Positions 54,871 to 64,000 of a stretch of DNA of 64,000 nucleotides are shown here, one piece after another. Source of the stretch: an uncultured virus (IMG/VR IMGVR_UViG_3300020578_000056). Lineage: Duplodnaviria > Heunggongvirae > Uroviricota > Caudoviricetes. Each line of letters opens with the position of its first letter. The stretch's first letter is position 1. The position numbers and the translations under genes were made by a program. The stretch lies in IMG/VR virus record IMGVR_UViG_3300020578_000056; one strand, 5' to 3'. Below the pieces are notes generated by a model, which did not search any database, was not told the origin of the DNA, and worked only from the letters and a program-made list of their open reading frames with translations.

Positions 54871-55329
54871 ATGACAGCTACAAAAGAAATCATCGCAATC
54901 GACCCAGGCAAATCGGGGGGGATTGCGTGGAAGTCGGCTTACGGAGCCAGAGCCATCCCAATGCCGGCAACCGAGACGGACATCTGCGCACAAATCAAAC
55001 AAATCTACTACCATCTCGACAAGCCGGCAGTCATCGTCGAGGAGGTCGGCGGGTACATCGGCAGACCGCAGCCGGGATCAGCCATGTTTACTTTTGGTCG
55101 AAATTTCGGTTTTTTGCTGGGGGTTTTGACCAGCCTCGGGGCAAGGATCGTTCTGGTTCGGCCTCAGAAATGGCAAGGCTACTTAAGTTGTGGGAAAAGC
55201 GAGGGGGACAGAACCAAGTGGAAAAACAAACTGAAGGCAAGGGCTCAAAATCTGTTTCCTGGGATCGACGTGACCTTGGCCACGGCTGACGCCCTCCTTC
55301 TTTTGGAATACGGAACAAAAACCGAATGA
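54871..55329 (+). CDS. RuvC-like Holliday junction resolvase
   Basis: IAIDPGKSGGIA, VEEV, SAMFTFG, PQKWQ, ADALL. Confidence 0.85.
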   Translation: MTATKEIIAIDPGKSGGIAWKSAYGARAIPMPATETDICAQIKQIYYHLDKPAVIVEEVGGYIGRPQPGSAMFTFGRNFGFLLGVLTSLGARIVLVRPQKWQGYLSCGKSEGDRTKWKNKLKARAQNLFPGIDVTLATADALLLLEYGTKTE

Positions 55330-56591
55330 AACTATACGACTGGCAACAACCCTCGGCGGATGCCCTTCTTGCTTCCTTGCGGGAACACCACGTTGCGGCT
55401 GATTGGAGTGACACGGGCACGGGCAAAACGCCCAAGGCCGTTTGGATCGCCAAGCAGCTGGACAAACCAGTCGCTATCATCTGCCCCAAGGCCGTAATCC
55501 CAGCGTGGAAAAAGTGGTGCCAAGAAGCTGGGATCGAACCCACATTTGTCCTCAATTACGAAAAGTTGAGGACGGGCTCGACTCCTTTCGGTGATTTTGT
55601 CAATGGGGCTTGGATCTGGTCGAAGCCAATTGTGTTTGACCAACTATTCATTTGGGACGAAGTCCACAAGTGTAAAGGACCAAACAGCCTTAATGGGAAA
55701 ATGCTGATCGCCTCCCGACCCTTCTATACTCTGATGCTCTCGGCGACTTTCGCTTCAAATCCCCTCGATATGAAGGCGACAGGGTTCCTTCTGGGCCTCC
55801 ACAAATACGCCGACTTCTGGCCTTGGTGTCTCCGCAATGGGGTAAAAAAAGCTCCTTGGGGAGCGATGTCCTACTTTGGTGGGAAAACCAAGCTGAAAGC
55901 CATTCACGAAGCAATGGCTCCCAAATCAAGCAGGATCAAGATTGCCGAACTAGGGGATGCCTTCCCAGACAACGAGGTCTACGCAGAAGCTTACGATTGC
56001 GGGGATGTCCAGGGTCTTTACGATGATCTGGAACAGAAATTGATCGAATTGGCCAACAGCAAGGCCACAGACAAGCCCCACCCAATGACGGAAATTCTTA
56101 GGGCTCGGCAAGAGTCCGAGCTTTTAAGGGTGCCTGTCTTAACAGACTTAGGCCAAGACTTATTGGAAGAGGGGCGGTCGGTGGTTATTTTTTGCAATTT
56201 TAGAAATTCTCTTGACTTGCTTTTGTACAACTTTAAAGAAGCTGCGATGATATGGGGAGGACAATCCGAGGATGAGAGAGAAGGGATGATTGCCGACTTC
56301 CAACACGACGCAAACCCCGTGATGCTCTGCCAAATTCAAAGCGGTGGCGTTGGAGTAAATCTACACGACACTTTGGGAGTCCGTCCCCGCAGTTCCCTGC
56401 TTTGCCCAACCTACTCGGCCATCGATTTAAAACAAGCCTTGGGCCGTATCCACCGAGCGGGTGCAAAATCCAAGGCCGTTCAAAGAATCATTTTTGCGGC
56501 CGATTCCATCGAGGAGCGAGTGATGAAGAAGGTCAAAGCCAAGCTCCACAACATCGAAACTCTCAACGACGGGGACATCGAAACCATATGA
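55326..56591 (+). CDS. SF2 (SNF2-like) helicase
   Basis: TGTGKT, WDEVH, LSAT, GGVGVNL, QALGRIHRAG. Confidence 0.92.
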   Translation: MKLYDWQQPSADALLASLREHHVAADWSDTGTGKTPKAVWIAKQLDKPVAIICPKAVIPAWKKWCQEAGIEPTFVLNYEKLRTGSTPFGDFVNGAWIWSKPIVFDQLFIWDEVHKCKGPNSLNGKMLIASRPFYTLMLSATFASNPLDMKATGFLLGLHKYADFWPWCLRNGVKKAPWGAMSYFGGKTKLKAIHEAMAPKSSRIKIAELGDAFPDNEVYAEAYDCGDVQGLYDDLEQKLIELANSKATDKPHPMTEILRARQESELLRVPVLTDLGQDLLEEGRSVVIFCNFRNSLDLLLYNFKEAAMIWGGQSEDEREGMIADFQHDANPVMLCQIQSGGVGVNLHDTLGVRPRSSLLCPTYSAIDLKQALGRIHRAGAKSKAVQRIIFAADSIEERVMKKVKAKLHNIETLNDGDIETI

Positions 56592-57685
56592 GCCTACATC
56601 ACGAGTTTTCACCTTCCCAACTGGCTTACCGGGAAGCTTGCCCCGGTTGGAAACCAGAAGAGGGCGAGCAATCCGTTCAAGCGGCTGAAGGAACGATGAT
56701 GCACAAAGCCTTGGAAACGGGAGATTGCAAAGGCCTAAACGAAGAACAGACACGATGCGTCGGTATGGTTAGCGATTTGTTTGCTTCGATGAAGGAAGAA
56801 TTGGACAAGCCCGACAGCAAGACAGAAGTCCATCAGGAGCTACGCCTTGAAATTATGGGGCTTACCTTCGGAACTGCGGATCTTGTCTTAATTAACGGGC
56901 AGTACGCAAAAATTGGGGACGCCAAGTTTGGATGGTCGGCGGTGGAAGATGCCGAAACAAACCTTCAAGGCTGGGCATACGCCATTGGCGTACTTGAGAA
57001 ATGGCCATCCGTTGACTACGTCGAGGTAGTTTTTGCCCAACCAAGACTCGATTCAGTAAGCCGTGCCCATTTCTACCGAAAAGCCGACGCAGAAAGAATG
57101 AAGCTTCGGATTGCTGCGGTAATTGCCAGAGCCAAGAACCACAAGCCGCAAGACCTTCGACCTAGCGAGTTCTCTTGTCTTTATTGCGGAGCAAAGGCCA
57201 CCTGCACTGCTCTCCACAAAAAAGCTTTGGTCATTTCCAGCAAATTTGTCGAACTTGCCCCGGACAAGGAGTTGCTCGACATCTACAACCCAGAGCAACT
57301 GGCTACTCCAGACCTTCGGAGCAAGGCCGAAATTCTTAGAAGGATCCTCGAGCCTTGGTGCGATAAGGTTCGAAAAGAAAATTTAAAGTTCATCCTTGAG
57401 ACTGGGGAGGAAATCCCCGGTTTTGAGGTCAAAACCAGAGCGGGAAGGAAAAGCGTGTCCGACCCGCAAATCACATGGGAACTGGTCAAAGACAGACTCA
57501 CTCCGGAAGAGTTTGCCGCCGTGACCGAAGTTTCCGTTGCCCAGCTTCTGAAGGCCTATTCCGACAAGGCACCGCGAGGTTCCAAGGAAAAAGCCAAACA
57601 GGAGATCGAAGACCGTTTGACCGATGCAGGGGTTCTGCAGGGGTCGGACGAGATTCGTTACCTACAAAGAAAGAAAGAAAAATAA
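56588..57685 (+). CDS. Cas4-like PD-(D/E)XK exonuclease (DUF2800-like)
   Basis: SPSQ...CPG, EGTMMH, FGTADL, IGDAKFG, QGWAY, CLYC...C. Confidence 0.85.
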   Translation: MSLHHEFSPSQLAYREACPGWKPEEGEQSVQAAEGTMMHKALETGDCKGLNEEQTRCVGMVSDLFASMKEELDKPDSKTEVHQELRLEIMGLTFGTADLVLINGQYAKIGDAKFGWSAVEDAETNLQGWAYAIGVLEKWPSVDYVEVVFAQPRLDSVSRAHFYRKADAERMKLRIAAVIARAKNHKPQDLRPSEFSCLYCGAKATCTALHKKALVISSKFVELAPDKELLDIYNPEQLATPDLRSKAEILRRILEPWCDKVRKENLKFILETGEEIPGFEVKTRAGRKSVSDPQITWELVKDRLTPEEFAAVTEVSVAQLLKAYSDKAPRGSKEKAKQEIEDRLTDAGVLQGSDEIRYLQRKKEK

Positions 57686-57688
57686 AAT

Positions 57689-58459
57689 ATGAAAACCTCC
57701 TTTGCAAAGCCTATTGCAAAAGCAAACCCGAAACCGCAACCCAAACCGGCAGTCGTCGTCAGCCAGGAAGCGGAAGACACTTCCGCAGAATTGGCTGTGG
57801 TTGAAAACAACCAGTCGCTGGCGGTCAGAAGCAATGTGGACGGACAGGTCCAGGGTGAATTCACCCAGAGGGATCTGACCATTCCAAAGATCAACCTAGT
57901 CAACAAGACTGGGGAGCTCTCCAATCAGTTCGCCCCAGGATCATTCCTCTACAACCGTGAGGTCGTGGTCGGGGACGGCAAAAAAGGTGCCCCCATCACG
58001 CTGACTCGTTTGGCGAAGTTCTACATTCAAGATGTCCCTTATGGTTCTGGGGAAATTCCCAAGAACTTTGTGAGCTTACGGGATGTGCGGGAAGCGGGTG
58101 GTGCTTTGGCGGGAGATATGGATGTCGAGGAAGGTACGGACACTTACTCCGAAGCCTTGACGGCGATTATCCTAATTAAATCCCCCAGCAAGGCTCACCC
58201 CTTGTTCCCCTACGAATTCGCTGGCGATTATTACGCCCTTGCCCAGTGGCTCTTGACCAAAAGCGCCTATCGGACGACGGGTCGTAAGCTGTTCACCGAT
58301 TCGCAAATCGCCCTTAGGGATGGGATCGACACGGCGGAATACGAACTGACCTCGACATTGAGAACCAATAGTCAGGGAAGTTGGTACATCCCCACGGTCA
58401 AACTGGCCACCCGGCACACCCCAGAGTTTGTCGAGTTTGTCCGGAACATCCGAAAGTAA
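57689..58459 (+). CDS. putative ssDNA-binding / annealing protein
   Basis: Follows exonuclease; DLTIPKINLV, N..GSWYIP motifs. Confidence 0.6.
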   Translation: MKTSFAKPIAKANPKPQPKPAVVVSQEAEDTSAELAVVENNQSLAVRSNVDGQVQGEFTQRDLTIPKINLVNKTGELSNQFAPGSFLYNREVVVGDGKKGAPITLTRLAKFYIQDVPYGSGEIPKNFVSLRDVREAGGALAGDMDVEEGTDTYSEALTAIILIKSPSKAHPLFPYEFAGDYYALAQWLLTKSAYRTTGRKLFTDSQIALRDGIDTAEYELTSTLRTNSQGSWYIPTVKLATRHTPEFVEFVRNIRK

Positions 58460-58463
58460 GACA

Positions 58464-58844
58464 ATGCAAGTTGCCAACAGCCATAGCGCGCAGGGAGACC
58501 CTGCGACGGCTTTTAAAGACAGAATACCTCCGGCCTCATCAACAGCTGTTGCGCAACTTGACGCTCCTTCTATCCAAGAGGTTGCGGAAACTGCCTGGAC
58601 CGTGATTCACCGAATTATGGAGAAAGGCAGCGAAAAAAGCACCTTTGGGCAGTGGTTCCACACCGACAGCCGCAGATACAACGCCGACCGATGCATCAAC
58701 CATCTGTGTCAGGCGATGATGCAGCTTGACGGAAACCGGCCCCCCAAAGACGGAAATAGCGAGGACGCCATCGACCATCTGGAGCGCGCGCTCGTCAGAG
58801 CCGCGTTTCTCCTTTTTAAAACCAAGAAAGGCAAAATTGAATGA
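58464..58844 (+). CDS. divergent dATP/dGTP diphosphohydrolase-like (DUF5664-like) protein
   Basis: MEKGSEK...W...INHL...D...E...HLERALVRAAFL. Confidence 0.5.
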   Translation: MQVANSHSAQGDPATAFKDRIPPASSTAVAQLDAPSIQEVAETAWTVIHRIMEKGSEKSTFGQWFHTDSRRYNADRCINHLCQAMMQLDGNRPPKDGNSEDAIDHLERALVRAAFLLFKTKKGKIE

Positions 58845-59128
58845 AACAACCAAAGAAGAAACCATCACGGATTGGGATCAAGGTGGGGATGGACAAAGCC
58901 ATCCTACCCTATGCTCGAAAAGCCAGAAACGATTTAGGAGTCATCGTGTTCAAGGGCAGCCGCCCTATCGACATGGTCGAGGTCGCCTTTGAAACCGACG
59001 ACATTACATTTGCAAAGGTGGCGGGGATAGGGGAAGACCTCATCAAAGACGACAAGCACAAGCTTTTTGGATACGCCATAACCCGCGCCTTGGAGGAAGT
59101 CATCGCCGAGGAGAAAAATAAAAAATGA
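58841..59128 (+). CDS. hypothetical protein
   Basis: ATGA-coupled ORF. Confidence 0.65.
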   Translation: MKQPKKKPSRIGIKVGMDKAILPYARKARNDLGVIVFKGSRPIDMVEVAFETDDITFAKVAGIGEDLIKDDKHKLFGYAITRALEEVIAEEKNKK

Positions 59129-59298
59129 TCGAAGGGCTGAGCATGAAGGCGTTTGTCTGGTTGGCGACACGCTGGTTTCCCCACCTCACCTTCTCAACCG
59201 ATCCAGAAACTGGGTCGGTCGTCACGATGGTCTTTTCCGCAAGGGAAGAAACCGTGGACAAGGTAATGTCGTGGATGGTGGAGCAAGACCTCCTATGA
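59125..59298 (+). CDS. hypothetical protein (57 aa, not in ORF track)
   Basis: MIEGLSMKAFVWLATRWFPH...EQDLL*; ATGA overlaps at both ends. Confidence 0.6.
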   Translation: MIEGLSMKAFVWLATRWFPHLTFSTDPETGSVVTMVFSAREETVDKVMSWMVEQDLL

Positions 59299-59552
59299 GC
59301 GAGAGGGAAATCAACCGACTCCGGGACTTCTACCACGGACTGACGGACGAACTGGAAAAGTGTCGGAAATACGTCTTTGACACCCAATCACGAATGGAGG
59401 GTTTGATCCACCTATGCCAGGACCACCTGACCATCTTGGCGGAACTGGAGCAAAGCAACGCAGACTTACGGAAGGAAAATCGAAACCTAAAGCAAAAAAT
59501 CAATGAAACCTTTAAGGAGGACGATCAATGCAAACATTTATCCTTGGTCTGA
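59295..59552 (+). CDS. coiled-coil hypothetical protein
   Basis: ATG 59295 coupled to upstream stop. Confidence 0.6.
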   Translation: MSEREINRLRDFYHGLTDELEKCRKYVFDTQSRMEGLIHLCQDHLTILAELEQSNADLRKENRNLKQKINETFKEDDQCKHLSLV

Positions 59553-59758
59553 TTCTGGGATGGATCGGCCACTACAGCTGGGTCTGGCTACGACACCGAA
59601 CCGTATTCCAAACCACCAGTTACACAACGAATTCAGGGAAGACATCCTACGTCTCGTACACCTGGCCGAAAAATCTGAGGCTTCCCATCAACAAGTGGAT
59701 CTTCAAAAAAGCCGAGGAGGTGTATGTCGGCAAAAAGCGGGGAGGGCGCAAAAAATGA
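59528..59758 (+). CDS. small membrane-anchored protein
   Basis: AAGGAGG RBS; N-terminal hydrophobic helix. Confidence 0.6.
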   Translation: MQTFILGLILGWIGHYSWVWLRHRTVFQTTSYTTNSGKTSYVSYTWPKNLRLPINKWIFKKAEEVYVGKKRGGRKK

Positions 59759-59870
59759 TGGAGGCGGTCAAATATGTACTTTTTGCGGCTGGATTTGTTT
59801 CGATGACGATGCTCGTGGTCTTTATTGCGTGTTTTGTGGCTTGGTTGTTTGAGAAATGGAGGAACGAAAA

Positions 59871-60092
59871 ATGACCCAACAACAGAAGGAAGAAGTCAAA
59901 ATCTGCAACGAGATCCGCATGGCGAGGCTGGAAAAAGCCATCGAAACCATTGAGGCCGAGAACTACGGCCTAAAACAACGGATCAAGGAGCTGGAACACG
60001 AAATAAGATTTGCCACCCCAACTTTTGCTCAGCCAGTTGAAGTGATTGGCGAATGGTACACCACAACCTCCAACAAAGAAAAGGATAGTTAA
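59871..60092 (+). CDS. coiled-coil hypothetical protein
   Basis: GGAGG RBS before ATG 59871 (MTQQQKEEV). Confidence 0.55.
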   Translation: MTQQQKEEVKICNEIRMARLEKAIETIEAENYGLKQRIKELEHEIRFATPTFAQPVEVIGEWYTTTSNKEKDS

Positions 60093-60095
60093 ACT

Positions 60096-60317
60096 ATGAG
60101 CGTAGATATCAGATTTAGGGTCACGGAAGACCAAGAAGAAAAAAATATCAAGATTGAGGGCTTTATCGACCGAGAAAAGGAAACCGATTCCGAACTCGCC
60201 GTGGGTAGAAAACTTTACCAGCAGATTATGTATGTCCTCGACAAGACCCTTCCCCCGGAAACCGACAAAAAGGAAGAAGGCGGTACCGAAGAGGAAAGCA
60301 AAATCATCGTCCCATAG
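60096..60317 (+). CDS. hypothetical protein
   Basis: 73-aa ORF directly before polymerase. Confidence 0.65.
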   Translation: MSVDIRFRVTEDQEEKNIKIEGFIDREKETDSELAVGRKLYQQIMYVLDKTLPPETDKKEEGGTEEESKIIVP

Positions 60318-60319
60318 TC

Positions 60320-62077
60320 ATGGTTGCGATTGATTTTGAGACGACATACTCAAGCGATGTCAACATAGACGCGCTTGGGCAATGGCGATATTTGCGTCAC
60401 CCGTCAACGGACATCTATATGGTGTCGGTTGTTGGGGAGGGCTTGGAGTATGTCGGGGACCCCAAAAACGCTCCGTGGGACAAAATCGACGGCCAGCACT
60501 GGGTCGCCCACAACTACTCCTTTGACGGCGCGGTGATGCAGGTTCTGCGGGAACGTGGAGTCACCCAAGCCAAGCCGTCCACCTTCACCTGCACCGCCAA
60601 TCTTAGCGTCTTTATAGGGGCTCCTAGAAGTCTCGGTAACGCCTCTAGGGAATTGCTTGGGGTCACCGTCGACAAAGACCCTAGGGCCTTCATGAAGGGC
60701 AAGACCTGGAACGATGTGGTGGCGTTAGGCAAATCCAAGGAGATCGAGGAGTACGCCCTCAATGATTCCCGTCACTGCCTGGATCTTGCCCAAACCTTCC
60801 TTCACCGCATGCCGGAAAACGAACAACGCTTGTCCCGGCAGACAATCGAAATGGGCTGGCGTGGCTTTGCGATCAACAGCGAGCTGGTGGACAAGGGTCT
60901 GAACACTTTGGATTGGGTAAGAATCAAGGCCAACGAAAGCCTCCCCTGGGCAACCGAAAATCACACCGGGGACGTCCTAAAGGTAAATGAACTTGCACGA
61001 GCCTGCCGAGAAGCTGGAATTCCAGTACCCCCATCAACTTCCGAAGACGACCCGGCATGTGTAAGATGGGAGGAGGAATTCGGTGGGAAATTCCCATGGG
61101 TGGCGGCGATGCGTGACTGGCGCAAGTCCAACATGCTGTTTGCAAAAATGAAAATTATGTCGGAGAGAAAGAGGGATGATGGGACGGTCCCCTTCGGTCT
61201 TAAGTATTTCGGGGCTCAAACTGGAAGATGGTCGGGGGAAGCCAAGTTCAATTTCCAAAATCTGCCCAAGGGTGAAATACACGGGGTCGATCTTAGGGCA
61301 TGTATTGTACCCAGACTGGGCAAGAAATTCATCATCTCCGATCTGGCTCAAATTGAGCCTAGGGTTCTGGCCTGGTTAGCTGGAGACGAGGATCTCCTTA
61401 ACGCGGTGCGTCATGGCTACGGAATTTACGAGGCATTTGCCGTTGCTTCGGGGATCTGGAAAGGCAATAAAGGTACACTCAAAAAGGGAGATCCAGAAAA
61501 ATACGCCCTAGCCAAAGCGCAGGTACTTGGCCTTGGGTACGGATGCGGCTCCAAGAAGTTCGTTCTGGTAGCTAAACTGATGGCTGGTCTTGACCTTGAT
61601 GAGTTAAGATCAAAAGAAATCGTCGACAGGTACCGGCGTAAAAACACCAAAGTGGTGTCGTTATGGAACCGTTTGGAAAGGACGTTCAGAGAGTCGCAGG
61701 GAGAAGACTGCCAGGTCGAACTCCCCTCTGGTCGCAGCCAGAAATACTTTGGGATTTCCAGCCAGATGGGAGCGCATGGCCGGCCGGACTGGCGGGCATC
61801 GGTCAACATGGGCGGGCCCAAGTTTCCGTTCTGGGGCGGAAAGCTTTGCGAAAATTTAGTCCAGGCAACGGCAAGAGATGTCTTTGGGGAATGTCTCCTG
61901 CGTCTTGAGGATGCCGGCCTGAACATTCTCGCCCACATTCACGACGAGGTGATTCTGGAAGTCGACCAAGATGTTTCAGTGGCTGACGTAAACCACCTAA
62001 TGGCGGTAACCCCAGACTGGCTCGAGGGTTGCCCCATTGAAGCAGAGAGCCAAGAAGCGGAGTGCTACAAAAAATGA
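60320..62077 (+). CDS. polA: DNA polymerase family A with 3'-5' exonuclease
   Basis: AIDFET, AHNYSFD, TGRWSG, QNLP, DLAQIEPRV, KAQVLGLGYG, ENLVQATARD, HIHDE. Confidence 0.95.
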   Translation: MVAIDFETTYSSDVNIDALGQWRYLRHPSTDIYMVSVVGEGLEYVGDPKNAPWDKIDGQHWVAHNYSFDGAVMQVLRERGVTQAKPSTFTCTANLSVFIGAPRSLGNASRELLGVTVDKDPRAFMKGKTWNDVVALGKSKEIEEYALNDSRHCLDLAQTFLHRMPENEQRLSRQTIEMGWRGFAINSELVDKGLNTLDWVRIKANESLPWATENHTGDVLKVNELARACREAGIPVPPSTSEDDPACVRWEEEFGGKFPWVAAMRDWRKSNMLFAKMKIMSERKRDDGTVPFGLKYFGAQTGRWSGEAKFNFQNLPKGEIHGVDLRACIVPRLGKKFIISDLAQIEPRVLAWLAGDEDLLNAVRHGYGIYEAFAVASGIWKGNKGTLKKGDPEKYALAKAQVLGLGYGCGSKKFVLVAKLMAGLDLDELRSKEIVDRYRRKNTKVVSLWNRLERTFRESQGEDCQVELPSGRSQKYFGISSQMGAHGRPDWRASVNMGGPKFPFWGGKLCENLVQATARDVFGECLLRLEDAGLNILAHIHDEVILEVDQDVSVADVNHLMAVTPDWLEGCPIEAESQEAECYKK

Positions 62078-62730
62078 ATCAAAAAGAACAAGAACAAAAC
62101 AACACACGGCAGATTCTGCCGCTATTCGCCTGTCCGGTTTATCTTGCGGAGCTAGGGGAACCAGCTCAAAAGACTTTAGATTTCTGCAAAAATTCGGAAT
62201 ACGAAAGATACGACGCCGACAATGGGTGGGTTTCGAAAAGCAAATATGTTCTTGAAGCCGAGCCACTATCAGAGGCGAGAGCCGTCATCTTGCGGGAACT
62301 CAACACGTTTCTCTACGAAATTCTTGCCCTTGAAAAAGACAAGACCTTTTACATTGCGAACTCGTGGATTCAGAAAATAAGCACAGGGGATTGGACACAT
62401 GCCCACGCGCACGGAAACTCCATAATCTCCGGTGTGTATTACACAACTGTATATGAAGACAGCGGAGACTTTTACTTTGAAAAATCTTTCGATAAATGGA
62501 ATCTGTTCCCCACCTTTCTAACCTTTCAGTTTGCGTCAAAGAACCTGCTGAACTGCTCAAATTGGGGAATCCGACCCAAAAACGGGACATTGGTGCTCTT
62601 CCCTTCACACACGAGCCACTACGCAGAAATCAACAAAAACAAAAATGACCGATACTGCATTGCTTTTAACACCTATGTAAGGGGGGTTTTCGGGGATCGC
62701 GGCGGGGTTAGCGACTTGGTCATCAGATGA
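62074..62730 (+). CDS. 2OG-Fe(II) oxygenase (TIGR02466-like)
   Basis: HAHGNSIISGVYY, LVLFPSHTSH, RYCIAFN. Confidence 0.9.
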   Translation: MNQKEQEQNNTRQILPLFACPVYLAELGEPAQKTLDFCKNSEYERYDADNGWVSKSKYVLEAEPLSEARAVILRELNTFLYEILALEKDKTFYIANSWIQKISTGDWTHAHAHGNSIISGVYYTTVYEDSGDFYFEKSFDKWNLFPTFLTFQFASKNLLNCSNWGIRPKNGTLVLFPSHTSHYAEINKNKNDRYCIAFNTYVRGVFGDRGGVSDLVIR

Positions 62731-62921
62731 AACCTAGGCCTCATTTCAACCCGACGTTTGGAAGATGGAAAACCGCACCGTATGGGAGACCCCGGAATGA
62801 AAGAACCGCAATGGAAAAAATGTCTGAAGTGTGGAAAGCGGTGTTCCGCCGACTCTCTTCTCTGCGACCTCTGCGACAAAAACCCCACAAAACTAAAAAA
62901 GCTAAGAGCCAAAAGGAGTAA
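62727..62921 (+). CDS. small basic hypothetical protein
   Basis: ATGA-coupled 64-aa ORF. Confidence 0.45.
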   Translation: MKPRPHFNPTFGRWKTAPYGRPRNERTAMEKMSEVWKAVFRRLSSLRPLRQKPHKTKKAKSQKE

Positions 62922-62924
62922 GAA

Positions 62925-63203
62925 ATGAAATTATTATCAGATAACTTTGAAGGACACACCCGCGAACTCAAGGTCTACAATGGCAGGGTCAAGGTGTACG
63001 TGGACGGGATTGTGATGTTCACGTTTAACCAAATCGATTTTAAAGGGTGGTACGCGTACAAGGACGACCATTCCCTATACGGAATCGACATCTACTTGGT
63101 CGAAAGCAGCGGTGGCTCGGGCGGCTCAACCACCATGGAGATCTACTTTAAGACCAAGGAAAATTGGCTAGGGGTTCTGGAGCTTCTGGACAAATACCTT
63201 TGA
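62925..63203 (+). CDS. hypothetical protein
   Basis: AAGGAG RBS; 92 aa. Confidence 0.7.
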   Translation: MKLLSDNFEGHTRELKVYNGRVKVYVDGIVMFTFNQIDFKGWYAYKDDHSLYGIDIYLVESSGGSGGSTTMEIYFKTKENWLGVLELLDKYL

Positions 63204-63221
63204 CCCGACCGAAAGGACGAT

Positions 63222-64000
63222 GTGAAAACGACGCTATTCAAAATACCCAACCTCAGATCCCGAACGGTGGAGGCCATCCTCCCGTGGGAAATGAAAGTCA
63301 GCATCCCGTCATTTGGAGCCAAGGAAGACTTCCGACGCTGGTGCGAATCAGACACAACCGACTCCGTCTTTGTTTCGGCGTTTGAGGGGGTCAACCCCCA
63401 TGTCCGAGTCAGCAAAAACAACGGCCCCTACAAAATGCACGGGCTGATCGTCGATTACGACACAACGGGCTTAACCAACGAGCAAATCGTGGAGGGTCTG
63501 ACCAGAAGCAAGCCGGGCTTTAAGCCGATGTACGCCCACAAGACTTTCAGCGCAGGAGCAAGGGTGATCTGGATGTTCGAGGAGCCTGTCTTTGTGTTTC
63601 AGGGGGTGCTCAAGGAGTTTATGGGGCTGTTGCTTAAGGAAACCAAGGCCAACTCCATTTTTCCGGGAATGGACTCCGTCGTCCACAAACCCGACCAATA
63701 TTACGCCTGGTTCCCCGAGGTGGTGAAGTTTGCCGACCAACCCATCCGTTTGGAAGCCGTCCACTCCATCCTTTCGGAAGCCGTTCATCGGGCAAAAAAA
63801 TACAATGGCGAGGGAGCGGTTGAGGTTCCCCTAGACAGGGTCTTCCAAAAGGTTCAGGAGATGTATCCGGGTCGGTGGACGGGTGCGTTTGAAGAAGGGA
63901 TGCGGGGACCGCTTTTCTGGATTGACGACAACATTGACCGACTTGGCGCGCAGGTCACCAAGACTGGGATGATTTCATATTCCACCAGAAGTCCAAAAGG
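63222..64000 (+). CDS. primase-polymerase (AEP-like), runs off the window end
   Basis: GAAAGGA RBS plus GTG; translated by hand: GLIVDYD (DxD) and HKTFSAGARVIWMF; antisense ORFs in the track are shadows. Confidence 0.7.
   Translation, partial: MKTTLFKIPNLRSRTVEAILPWEMKVSIPSFGAKEDFRRWCESDTTDSVFVSAFEGVNPHVRVSKNNGPYKMHGLIVDYDTTGLTNEQIVEGLTRSKPGFKPMYAHKTFSAGARVIWMFEEPVFVFQGVLKEFMGLLLKETKANSIFPGMDSVVHKPDQYYAWFPEVVKFADQPIRLEAVHSILSEAVHRAKKYNGEGAVEVPLDRVFQKVQEMYPGRWTGAFEEGMRGPLFWIDDNIDRLGAQVTKTGMISYSTRSPK

Noticed and set aside
56588..57685. Cas4-like nuclease as part of a CRISPR system
   Set aside because: It sits in a standard helicase-exonuclease-SSB-PolA replication module
62074..62730. 2OG-Fe(II) oxygenase as a TET/JBP-type 5mC oxidase partnered with the MTase
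   Set aside because: Motifs fit the common TIGR02466-like family (HxH), not TET/JBP (HxD), and it is not adjacent to the MTase
1..64000. Genome-wide stop-codon reassignment (TAG read as sense)
   Set aside because: Long genes are intact in the standard code and TAG ends genes right before the next start (30684, 25994); only one suspicious TAG was found

Overview
The window is most of a temperate, tailed dsDNA bacteriophage genome with podovirus-like morphogenesis genes, probably infecting a Gram-negative host. It has three blocks. (1) 1-4.7 kb, + strand: small genes, a gp88-like protein and a C5 DNA methyltransferase. (2) About 4.8-52.5 kb, mostly - strand: terminase, portal, scaffold, capsid, lysis cassette, tail nozzle and adaptor, several large Ig/YDG/lectin adhesins, a fibre with an S74 chaperone, and three probable ejection proteins including a 3699-aa polyvalent protein. 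(3) 52.8-64 kb, + strand: tyrosine integrase, RHH/HTH regulators, RuvC-like nuclease, SF2 helicase, Cas4-like exonuclease, SSB-like protein, family A DNA polymerase, 2OG-Fe(II) oxygenase and a primase cut off by the window edge. No rRNA, tRNA, CRISPR array or reverse transcriptase was seen. The most notable observations are: a 58-aa histone-fold candidate missed by the ORF track; a sigma-factor-like module plus kinase, ADP-ribosyltransferase, ASCH and zincin modules inside the giant virion protein; a head-tail adaptor built from six tandem modules; an Ig domain split across two genes; an in-frame amber codon splitting an MBG-like domain; a circularly permuted L-type lectin; a nested alternative-frame methyltransferase partner ORF; and a structured capsid-gene leader. 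All family calls come from motif recognition by eye; no searches were run.
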